From an uncultured Candidatus Saccharibacteria bacterium (GTDB taxonomy: Bacteria; Patescibacteriota; Saccharimonadia; Saccharimonadales; Saccharimonadaceae): 64,000 nucleotides of DNA. Positions 35,769 to 43,363 of this stretch are shown in pieces. A program made the position numbers and the translations under genes. The notes under the pieces were generated by a model. It was given only the letters and a program-made list of their open reading frames with translations, was not told the origin of the DNA and made no database searches. The stretch lies in NCBI GenBank assembly GCA_964386855.1, contig CAYLUF010000001.1, positions 56,493-120,492 on the forward strand, written 5' to 3'. Numbering within the stretch: the first letter of the stretch is position 1; each line of letters begins with the position of its first letter.

Positions 35769-36932
35769 ATGCAGGATGCGCCTGAAAAGACTGATGAACT
35801 TGCCGAAGAGGCGATTGAAGAAACTGTAGTGAGCACTGATGAAAGTGTTGAAGCGACAGACATGAGCGATGTTGCAGATGCTGACGAAGAAGTTGAGGTA
35901 GCGGTAGGGGCGGCAAACCTTCCGACTGAACTTGCTGGCGAGAAGCCAACTGGTGCTGGATCTTCTACTGATGGTGAGGTTGATATTTTCAACTGGGCAA
36001 ACACAACTGATAGTGTAAAGAACGAGCTTCGGGCTGAGTTCTTCCTATTTAACCGAAATTATACACCGTACAGTATCCGTATTGCTGATGAGCTTGATAC
36101 GCAGATTAAGGCGCTTTTTCTCTATGACCTTATTAACGATGTAAACCTTGGTGCAGGAACAGGACTTTCTGTACGTGATTATGAACTTTCTGAAAAAGAA
36201 GAAAATACACTCCTTCGGACTGATCTTGAGAAGGTAGGGCGTGCCGATACGTTGATTCACCTGATTAAGCACGAACGCCACGATATTGTGGAGTTTAGCG
36301 AACAGGAGCACGAATTTAAGCGCATAAAGGGTATTGCTGCACGTTTCACGAAGCGTGACGGGACGGGTGAGTTCTTTGTCCTCAAGCAGGTGAGCAGTGG
36401 TCAGGCGCTTCAAGGTGCGACTTCATGGGAATTTAATGAAGGAACATTCCGTCCATTTCAGCCAGAGTTTGGCTGGAAGGTACCGGCAGATAACCAAGTG
36501 CTTGTTATTAAGGGCGATATCTTTATCTTTAATCAAAGTAAATTTGAGCGCCTCTTTAACTACGACTATAAGAAGCAACTTCTTGCGGATAAGAAGGTGG
36601 CAGAGATTGAGCAGAAGTACAAGCTGAGCTTTGCTGAAGGTGCGGATCTGCAGTCACTTGTGATGGAAAAGAAGAAAATTGTGAATAAACTTCAGAAGAT
36701 GGAGATTGGTACAGTCACGCAGGAGCAGGCAATTGAGTATGCAGATACAATGCAGCTTGATCTTATGACTGATGACGAAGGTGCGATTATTATCATGGAT
36801 AGTAACGACCTTGATATGTTTGTAAATCTTATTAACGAAGACTATATTACTAGTGAAATTACTGGCACGCGCTTTGAGATTAAGAGCAAGAAGCCACTTG
36901 ATGAGCCGGAAGGTGAGCCACCGCGCGGGTAG
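35769..36932 (+). CDS. KwaB-like (DUF4868-like) protein with acidic N-terminal extension
   Basis: 387 aa. The core from about residue 80 resembles my recollection of DUF4868: VLVIKGDIFIFNQSKFERLFNYDYKK...VAEIE and the C-terminal LINEDYITSEITGTRFEIKSKK. TACAAT lies at 35724-29. The family call is from memory of its pattern and is not searched. Confidence 0.45.
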   Translation: MQDAPEKTDELAEEAIEETVVSTDESVEATDMSDVADADEEVEVAVGAANLPTELAGEKPTGAGSSTDGEVDIFNWANTTDSVKNELRAEFFLFNRNYTPYSIRIADELDTQIKALFLYDLINDVNLGAGTGLSVRDYELSEKEENTLLRTDLEKVGRADTLIHLIKHERHDIVEFSEQEHEFKRIKGIAARFTKRDGTGEFFVLKQVSSGQALQGATSWEFNEGTFRPFQPEFGWKVPADNQVLVIKGDIFIFNQSKFERLFNYDYKKQLLADKKVAEIEQKYKLSFAEGADLQSLVMEKKKIVNKLQKMEIGTVTQEQAIEYADTMQLDLMTDDEGAIIIMDSNDLDMFVNLINEDYITSEITGTRFEIKSKKPLDEPEGEPPRG

Positions 36933-37147
36933 CGCGCTGCCTACATAGGGATAGGTGGCATATCGACGAGCGTCGTTGTCACGGGACATCCTTTCGTACA
37001 AATACGTACCTATGGTGCACGCCCCAAGCCTTGTTTAAGCAATAGCGGCTTATTTTAAGAGGTGGCGAGCAAAAGGCGTTGTTTATTTGACATGATGGAA
37101 GCGTGCGATTTCATGACTATTTAATAATCGATGTGTTTAATGAGAGT

Positions 37148-37510
37148 ATGACAGTGACTATTAAAATGCTTCAGGCGCAACTTACGCAAATCCAGGTAAA
37201 GGTGGATGCTGTTGATCGCGACGGCATTTATTACCGCGAACACACGAGTCGGCACATCGGGCTTATGTATACAGCAATCGATGACGTAAGAGATTCTATG
37301 GTGACCAAGAAAGAGTTTATTACTGCAATGAGCGGTATTGATAAGCGATTCGTGTCGCTTGAGGGCGATATGGCTGAGGTGAAAGAGGTGCTTGCAACGC
37401 TTGCGCAGACGTGTGCTACGACTGACGAGCTACAGGAGCTGCGAACTGAGCTCAAGGAGCTCAAAGACCTTATTGTAGAGCGATTGCAGTCACACCAGGC
37501 GACACCATAA
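37148..37510 (+). CDS. Hypothetical coiled-coil protein
   Basis: About 120 aa from MTVTIKMLQAQ, with heptad-like helices. The track ORF starts earlier at 37103. Confidence 0.45.
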   Translation: MTVTIKMLQAQLTQIQVKVDAVDRDGIYYREHTSRHIGLMYTAIDDVRDSMVTKKEFITAMSGIDKRFVSLEGDMAEVKEVLATLAQTCATTDELQELRTELKELKDLIVERLQSHQATP

Positions 37511-37512
37511 GG

Positions 37513-37518
37513 TATACT
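37513..37518 (+). promoter_or_regulatory. -10 element TATACT upstream of the helicase gene
   Basis: It ends 8 nt before the ATG at 37527. Confidence 0.4.
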
Positions 37519-37526
37519 AGGAAGAG

Positions 37527-39068
37527 ATGGATCAAAAACTTGCATTAGAAATTATGCTCTCTGGGGCGAGCGTACTGTTGACTGGGCCGGCGGGGTCGGG
37601 GAAGACGTATGTACTTAACCAGTTTATTAAGTATGCTAAGGCAGACGGAAAGCATGTCTCTGTGACGGCTACAACGGGCCTTGCAGCAACGCATCTTGGC
37701 GGTGCAACAATCCACGCGTGGTCGGGGATCGGTATTCACGACTCGCTTCCTCCGGGGTTTGCGGACCACATGGCAAAGGGGCGCCGTGAAATCATTGAAA
37801 AAACTGACGTACTGATCATAGATGAGATCAGCATGCTCCACGACTACCGTCTTGATATGGTGGATGAGGTGTGTCGCCTCGTACGGAAGAAGCCGGATGT
37901 TCCCTTTGGTGGGATTCAGATTATTATGTCCGGTGACTTTTTCCAGCTTCCTCCAGTGAACCGTGGTGATTCGCGTGCCGGCAGTTTTGTCGTCAATTCG
38001 AATGTGTGGATGGAGCTTGAGCCGACCATTTGTTACCTGCAGGAGCAATACCGCCAAGATGACGAAGTGCTCCTTGATATTCTTAACGCGCTCCGCGGCG
38101 GAGATATCCGCAGGCATCATGCAGAGAAGCTTCTTGAGCGGGCAGATGTGCACCCAGAAGACCCGTCGCAGCTGACCGAGCTTCACACGGTGAATATTGA
38201 CGTTGATAGTATTAATGAAAAGCGTCTGGCGGAAGTAGGGGGCGATGAGCTTTCCTACCAGCAGGTGGTCACCGGTGCGCAGAATTACGTGGATACATTG
38301 CAGCGCTCTGTGCTGGCGCCATCGGTGCTTCGCCTCAAAGAAGGCGCGTTGGTGATGGCAGTAAAGAATAGTATTGATAGGAAGTATGCCAATGGTAGTA
38401 TTGGCGTGGTTGTTGAGTTTGACCCGGCAACAGAATATCCAATTGTGCAATTTAGAAATGGTAAAGAAGTCACCATGCAGCCAGACACCTGGGAGCTCCG
38501 TGATGGTGACAAGAAGCGGGCGAGTATCACCCAGATTCCACTGCGCCTAGCGTGGGCAATTACGGTCCATAAATCTCAAGGGATGACCCTAGATGCCGCG
38601 CGCATTGACCTGCGTAAGGCATTTGTTGAGGGGATGGGATACGTGGCGCTGAGCCGTGTGCGCAGCCTTGACACCCTGTACCTTACGGGGATTAACCAGA
38701 TGGCGCTCCGTGTCAGCGATGAAGCACAGGCAATTGACGCATATCTGCGGCAGCAATCTTCTGCGGCAAAGATTCAGTACGCGCACTTAGAGAAGGTGGC
38801 CGAAGAGCGTGCCAAAGAAGCGAAGAAAACGGGCGGCATACCGGCAAAAAAAGCTACGGGTTCGAGCGGTTGGGCGGATAAGATTGCGAAAATGCGTGAA
38901 ACGCACCCTAATGCATATAAGCCGTGGAGTGCCAGTGATGACGCTGACCTGAAGCAACACTTTCAACAGGGAGAGAGCATTAGTGAGCTCAGCGACCGAC
39001 TAGGCCGGCACGAAGGGTCTATTAAGATGCGCTTGCAGAAGCATTTTGGCGAAGAGATGGTGGTATAG
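37527..39068 (+). CDS. Pif1/RecD-like SF1B DNA helicase with C-terminal HTH-like tail
   Basis: 513 aa. Walker A GPAGSGKTY, Walker B LIIDEISML, GDFFQLPPV and TVHKSQGMTLD. The C-terminus has GESISELSDRLGRHEGSIKMRLQ. Confidence 0.85.
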   Translation: MDQKLALEIMLSGASVLLTGPAGSGKTYVLNQFIKYAKADGKHVSVTATTGLAATHLGGATIHAWSGIGIHDSLPPGFADHMAKGRREIIEKTDVLIIDEISMLHDYRLDMVDEVCRLVRKKPDVPFGGIQIIMSGDFFQLPPVNRGDSRAGSFVVNSNVWMELEPTICYLQEQYRQDDEVLLDILNALRGGDIRRHHAEKLLERADVHPEDPSQLTELHTVNIDVDSINEKRLAEVGGDELSYQQVVTGAQNYVDTLQRSVLAPSVLRLKEGALVMAVKNSIDRKYANGSIGVVVEFDPATEYPIVQFRNGKEVTMQPDTWELRDGDKKRASITQIPLRLAWAITVHKSQGMTLDAARIDLRKAFVEGMGYVALSRVRSLDTLYLTGINQMALRVSDEAQAIDAYLRQQSSAAKIQYAHLEKVAEERAKEAKKTGGIPAKKATGSSGWADKIAKMRETHPNAYKPWSASDDADLKQHFQQGESISELSDRLGRHEGSIKMRLQKHFGEEMVV

Positions 39069-39075
39069 CGGGGGT

Positions 39076-39438
39076 ATGAGCAGAATGAAAGCCGTATCGT
39101 CATTTATAAAACGACACATCGCCTGGATTAACTTCATAAATATTATTTTGCTTGCGGGGTGGGCGACGGTAATTGCTGTTAAGGGATGGTTCGTATACCT
39201 ACCCTGCAACCTTCTTGTGTTGTTTGAACCGATGACCTGTAGGCAGGCTGAGGAGCCCAATCTTCTTATCTATGCACCTATACCCCTGTTAATTATAGCT
39301 ATTTCAATCGGTGTAATCTCTATGATAAGGACTAATATCTTTATTAGAACTACCGCAATTATTGCTCTTGCTTTAATTTTGAATATTCTCGCAATAAATT
39401 ACATAGCGATTCTCATGCTTTTGCTGTTCCTGTCTTAG
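39076..39438 (+). CDS. Small polytopic membrane protein, AT-rich
   Basis: About 120 aa from MSRMKAVSS (SD GGGGG) with 3-4 predicted TM helices. The 3' half is only about 30% GC by hand count. Confidence 0.5.
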   Translation: MSRMKAVSSFIKRHIAWINFINIILLAGWATVIAVKGWFVYLPCNLLVLFEPMTCRQAEEPNLLIYAPIPLLIIAISIGVISMIRTNIFIRTTAIIALALILNILAINYIAILMLLLFLS

Positions 39439-39463
39439 TTTTGCTGGGCAGTCCAAGAAAATA

Positions 39464-39487
39464 GCCCCCTCTTTTTACAGAGGGGGC
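39464..39487 (+). terminator. Stem-loop terminator closing the 34.6-39.4 kb block
   Basis: Stem GCCCCCTC / GAGGGGGC with loop TTTTTACA and a weak T-tract. Confidence 0.6.
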
Positions 39488-39696
39488 ATTCAGTTGTTCG
39501 GTGATGTCATACCCCCCCTCGCATTACCCCAGAACGATAATCCAACCTGCATATACTGATACTGCAGTACTGGCGGATCGGAGCTGGTTGTCTGGACCCA
39601 TAAATACAGCCTCTGCTGTGTACGGGTCTAGGGGTATATGGCAATCAGTCCGCTCTTAGCTGCGGTAATCTAGCAAGCCTATCTCCGCCAATAAGG

Positions 39697-39702
39697 TATA
39701 CT
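39697..39702 (+). promoter_or_regulatory. -10 element TATACT, leaderless-type, for yvcK
   Basis: It ends 7 nt before the ATG at 39710. Confidence 0.5.
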
Positions 39703-39709
39703 AATAAAC

Positions 39710-40744
39710 ATGAAAGAACCCTTCGCACGAAACGATATTAAGATTGCCGTCATTGGTGGGGGAACGGGAAGCTTCACGATGCTTTCTGCCCTAAAGCGCC
39801 ATACGCGCCAGATTGCTGCCATTGTCAGCATGGCTGATGATGGCGGAAGCACCGGTGTGCTCCGCGATGAGCTTGGTGCGTTGCCGCCGGGTGACGTGCG
39901 TCAGTGCCTTGTGGCGCTGAGTGATTCGCCGAAGGTGCGTGATATGTTCCAGTATCGGTTTGATTCGGGGACGTTTGGTGGGCACTCGTTAGGCAACGTG
40001 CTCCTTTCTGGCTTAGAGCGGATGACGGGCGACTTTACCGAGGCGGTTGAGACTGCTGGTGAGATTCTTGGTATTGAGGGGACGGTGATTCCAGCAACCC
40101 TGGACGACGTCCGCCTTAAGATGAGCTGGGATGTAGACGGCGACGGAACAGAAGATAAAAGCGTGGTACTTCACGGTGAGCGGGTGATTGATGTTGAGCA
40201 GTTTAAGTATGATCCACGTCAGGCAGTTTTGACACTCACGCCTAATGCAACCGTCAACCCTATGGCAATTCGTGCTATTGAAGATGCTGACGTTGTGGTG
40301 ATTGCGCCTGGCGATGTGTATACGTCACTTGGTCCACTGCTCATTATTGATGGGGTAGGCGAGGCGCTTCGCAAGTCAAAAGCAAAGAAAATCTACGTCT
40401 CTAACCTTGTGAGTAAGCACGGTCAGACAGACAGCTTTACGGTAAGCGACCACGCCTCAGAGATTGAGCGCCTGGCGGGCGGTCCATTCCTTGATTACGT
40501 TGTCTATAATGACGCCGTGCCGCCAAAAGACATCCTCGCGCGCTACGACGCTGAGGGTGGCAAGCTCTCTGAGCCAGACCCAGAGGCGCTGGATGCTGCG
40601 CACTATACGGCGGTGAGTGGGAATTTCCTTGGGGCAATCGCTACTGCTAACAAGGGTGATAGCCTCATTACGAAGCGCTCACTTATTCGTCATGATACGA
40701 GTTCTATTGCAAAGGTGATTATGAGGATTGCAAAACAGGGCTAG
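39710..40744 (+). CDS. yvcK: YvcK/CofD-like (UPF0052, gluconeogenesis factor family) protein
   Basis: 344 aa. IAVIGGGTGSFTMLSALK and ADDGGSTGVLRDELGALPPGDVRQCLVALS. Confidence 0.85.
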   Translation: MKEPFARNDIKIAVIGGGTGSFTMLSALKRHTRQIAAIVSMADDGGSTGVLRDELGALPPGDVRQCLVALSDSPKVRDMFQYRFDSGTFGGHSLGNVLLSGLERMTGDFTEAVETAGEILGIEGTVIPATLDDVRLKMSWDVDGDGTEDKSVVLHGERVIDVEQFKYDPRQAVLTLTPNATVNPMAIRAIEDADVVVIAPGDVYTSLGPLLIIDGVGEALRKSKAKKIYVSNLVSKHGQTDSFTVSDHASEIERLAGGPFLDYVVYNDAVPPKDILARYDAEGGKLSEPDPEALDAAHYTAVSGNFLGAIATANKGDSLITKRSLIRHDTSSIAKVIMRIAKQG

Positions 40745-40842
40745 GGGGCGCTCCTAGGATTGATTGTGACAGTGCTGGCACTTGTGCTAGTACTTGTCTA
40801 GGCGTCTACGCGTGTGTGTGCATCTTCTCATCTCTCCTGGAT

Positions 40843-40901
40843 ACCCATCCGTTTACGACACCCATGAGGTGTTCAGTAAGCGGGTGGGTTTTTTCTTTTT
40901 T
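40843..40901 (+). terminator. Intrinsic terminator after yvcK
   Basis: 9-bp outer stem ACCCATCCG / CGGGTGGGT enclosing an inner hairpin ACACC/GGTGT, followed by TTTTTCTTTTTT. Confidence 0.65.
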
Positions 40902-40906
40902 CGGCA

Positions 40907-40932
40907 AGTTATCCCCAAAAGTGTGGATAACT
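40907..40932. promoter_or_regulatory. Inverted pair of DnaA-box-like 9-mers
   Basis: TTATCCCCA (40909-40917, one mismatch) and TGTGGATAA (40922-40930, perfect reverse complement of TTATCCACA). Together they form the palindrome AGTTATCC...GGATAACT. Confidence 0.4.
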
Positions 40933-40958
40933 CAACATTATACGTAAATTGTCAAAAT

Positions 40959-40993
40959 TGGGGGTTGAAGTGGGTAATAGTGGGTGATATAGT
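40959..40993 (+). promoter_or_regulatory. mraZ (dcw) promoter with three 10-nt-phased GGGT repeats (MraZ-operator-like)
   Basis: -35 TTGAAG (40965-70), a 17-nt spacer and TGaTATAGT (-10 at 40988-93). Repeats GGGGT (40961-65), TGGGT (40971-75) and TGGGT (40981-85) lie in the spacer. Confidence 0.55.
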
Positions 40994-41108
40994 AATGAGC
41001 AGTGGACAAGGAACCACCACCCAGCAAAAGAAATCTGGCTGGCATGGTCCCCGCTAAACAAACATACATTAAAAAACAATCCAGTTAACACCCCAGCGAA
41101 AGGCGACT

Positions 41109-41483
41109 GTGGCGAAGATAGATTACTTTGAACGAAAGCTTGATGATAAGCGTCGATTGACGATACCGTCAGAGCTTCGTGAAGAATTTACCTCCGGAGT
41201 AGTCATCACACGAGGGTTTGGTTCATATCTGCATCTCTACTCAAAAAGTGTATGGGACGATATGGTTGAACCGGAACTAAACGCAGGTGATAGCATTCTT
41301 GATGAAAGAATTGCTGATATCAACGTACAGTTCAGGCGCGGCAAAACCGAAGCAGAGCTTGACCAAAAACAGGGGCGTATTACACTAGAGCAGCATCTGC
41401 TTGACTACGGCAAAATAGATAGAGATATCGTTGCTGTCAGAGCAGGAAAGTACTGGCGTATTATGGCTGGAGATTCCGAATAG
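41109..41483 (+). CDS. mraZ: Division/cell-wall cluster transcriptional regulator MraZ
   Basis: 124 aa with a GTG start and SD GAAAGG. Two MraZ half-motifs are present: DDKRRLTIPSELR and QGRITLEQHLL. Confidence 0.8.
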   Translation: MAKIDYFERKLDDKRRLTIPSELREEFTSGVVITRGFGSYLHLYSKSVWDDMVEPELNAGDSILDERIADINVQFRRGKTEAELDQKQGRITLEQHLLDYGKIDRDIVAVRAGKYWRIMAGDSE

Positions 41484-41562
41484 ACTGAAACCAACCTCAA
41501 AAAAGGTTGCCGACTTAACATAAAAAGAACATTAACAATTTTACGAAGAGAATGAACAACTC

Positions 41563-41799
41563 CTCGAGATCAACTATCTGGTAATAGGGCAGTGGCGTGC
41601 GGGAACACATAAAACATCCCGTTGTACCTTCCAAAAAACACACCTCCCAAAAAAAACTCCACCTCACATAAGTCTCTCAATACGATGAAGCAACTATCAG
41701 TGTCCATTTTGGCGCTTACAAACGCTTCGTCCGACTTTTACAAAAACAAACACACTATGCGAAAACAAAAAGCTCTGTTATCAGTTAGGTGATCTCGAG
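41563..41799. repeat. 22-bp imperfect inverted repeats bracketing a G-poor non-coding segment between mraZ and rsmH
   Basis: CTCGAGATCAACTATCTGGTAA (41563-41584) versus the reverse complement of TTATCAGTTAGGTGATCTCGAG (41778-41799), 19/22 identical. No ORF of 60 aa or more lies in 41484-41890. Confidence 0.6.
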
Positions 41800-41907
41800 A
41801 AATTCCGAATGAATGAAGAAAAATAAAGTTCTTTATTTTTCTGCTATTCTGAGGAATTGATCCGAGATATGTAATCATATCTAGATCCCCTTGGTCTACA
41901 AATACTG

Positions 41908-41913
41908 TATACT
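41908..41913 (+). promoter_or_regulatory. -10 element TATACT, leaderless-type, for rsmH
   Basis: It ends 7 nt before the ATG at 41921. Confidence 0.5.
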
Positions 41914-41920
41914 AAGGGTC

Positions 41921-42808
41921 ATGAGTAAAGAACATCCACCACATCATGTTCCAGTTTTACTAGATGCCACACTCCGTGAGCTCGCGCCAAAAGTAGGTGA
42001 GTCATACCTTGACTTAACTGCCGGATACGCAGGTCACGCCAGCGCGGTCCTAGCTAAAACTAACAACTTCAAAGATTCCGCTTTAGTCGACCGTGACGAA
42101 TATGCAATTTCGCATCTTCAGCACATGGCAGACAAAGGCGTTCGTCTTATGCACACTGACTTCGCTTCAGCTGCACAGCAGCTTGTAGAAGAGGGCAGGG
42201 TATTTGACCTTATCTTGATTGATCTGGGGGTGTCGTCACCACAGCTCGATCAGGGCGAACGAGGATTTTCCTTCTCACACAATGGTCCACTTGATATGCG
42301 AATGGATAGGCGCGGCGAAACAACAGCTGCTGACCTTATACAACGCACATCAATACGGGAGCTCACCGACATCATCCACCGCTACGGCGAAGAGCCTTAT
42401 AAACAGGCGCAGCGCATAGCAGAGGTGATAGTAGAGAACCGGCCATTTAAGGATACCGCCGCGTTAGCTGACTGTATCAGGCAAAATTATCGTGGTAAGC
42501 GGATGAAAATCCACCCAGCCACGCGCACATTCCAAGCCCTCCGCATTGCCATCAACGACGAACTCGGGCAGGTTGAGCGAACGCTACCGCTGCTTCCAAA
42601 GCTTCTTAGTAAGAACGGAAGAGTAGGGGTAATTAGCTTCCACAGCCTTGAAGACCGCTTAGTTAAGCAGTATTTCAAAACCCAGTCGCAGGCAGGATAT
42701 GAGGCTGAATTGACCGTTCAGACTAAAAAGCCCATAGCCGGAGACATTGAAGACGTTCACAATCCGCGTTCACGAAGTGCAAAGCTTCGGGTCGCTGTGA
42801 AAAAATAA
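41921..42808 (+). CDS. rsmH: 16S rRNA (cytosine1402-N4)-methyltransferase RsmH
   Basis: HVPVLL, DLGVSSPQLD and SFHSLEDRLVK motifs. Start at MSKEHPPHH; the track ORF extends to 41891. Confidence 0.92.
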   Translation: MSKEHPPHHVPVLLDATLRELAPKVGESYLDLTAGYAGHASAVLAKTNNFKDSALVDRDEYAISHLQHMADKGVRLMHTDFASAAQQLVEEGRVFDLILIDLGVSSPQLDQGERGFSFSHNGPLDMRMDRRGETTAADLIQRTSIRELTDIIHRYGEEPYKQAQRIAEVIVENRPFKDTAALADCIRQNYRGKRMKIHPATRTFQALRIAINDELGQVERTLPLLPKLLSKNGRVGVISFHSLEDRLVKQYFKTQSQAGYEAELTVQTKKPIAGDIEDVHNPRSRSAKLRVAVKK

Positions 42809-43000
42809 ACAAAAAAGAAAGGGCACAAAAATCATGCCAGTTCACATTCCAGTACAGTACGCAGAGCAAGCACAAATCGTTGCAGTTCGCGTAAAGTAAA
42901 GTAATTTACTAGGGATTAGTAGGGTAGCTTCCATGACAAGCTACCCTCATCCCGAATACCCAAAAATAAAAACAAACTACAAAAAAAGACGTACCGCCAC

Positions 43001-43351
43001 ATGTCACAAAATACACCACAGTACTACACAAGCCGTCGTCAGCAGAGTTATTCACGTAACCAGAATACAACTCGCTTCCAATCGGCTATCAAACTTGGAC
43101 CCGTCGCTCATACCGTGCTTGTTGCACTTATGATCACTGTTCTTGGTTTGATTTATGTGACACAGGCCACTCGTACAACCAGCTATGACTATCAGGCGCA
43201 GAAGATTGATTCGCAGATTGCCGAACTCAATCAGCAAAAGAGCGAGCTTGAAGTAGAGAGTGCGCGCCTGACTGCACTTGAATCTGTAAAGAACAGCACT
43301 GTTGCGCGTGAAATGGTGACACCTACGAGTACACAGTACGTAAATCAGTAG
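43001..43351 (+). CDS. ftsL: FtsL-like cell division protein
   Basis: 116-aa bitopic protein with a basic N-terminus, one TM (VAHTVLVALMITVLGLIYV) and a coiled coil. It sits between rsmH and ftsI. Confidence 0.6.
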   Translation: MSQNTPQYYTSRRQQSYSRNQNTTRFQSAIKLGPVAHTVLVALMITVLGLIYVTQATRTTSYDYQAQKIDSQIAELNQQKSELEVESARLTALESVKNSTVAREMVTPTSTQYVNQ

Positions 43352-43357
43352 TATAAT
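43352..43357 (+). promoter_or_regulatory. -10 element TATAAT, leaderless-type, for ftsI
   Basis: It ends 6 nt before the ATG at 43364 and lies within the end of the ftsL-like CDS. Confidence 0.45.
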
Positions 43358-43363
43358 AAGCAT

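Noticed and set aside
37545-38450. 301-aa minus-strand ORF
   Set aside because: It is entirely antisense to the Pif1-like helicase, which has unambiguous Walker A/B and helicase motifs. Its composition is non-protein-like.
40794-41057. 87-aa plus-strand ORF upstream of mraZ
   Set aside because: It covers the yvcK terminator and the mraZ promoter/operator and has no SD.
42923-42947. Perfect 9-bp hairpin GGGTAGCTT-CCATGAC-AAGCTACCC between rsmH and ftsL as a terminator
   Set aside because: No T-run follows, and it lies within an operon that should read through. It may be a stabilising or processing structure, but the evidence is insufficient.
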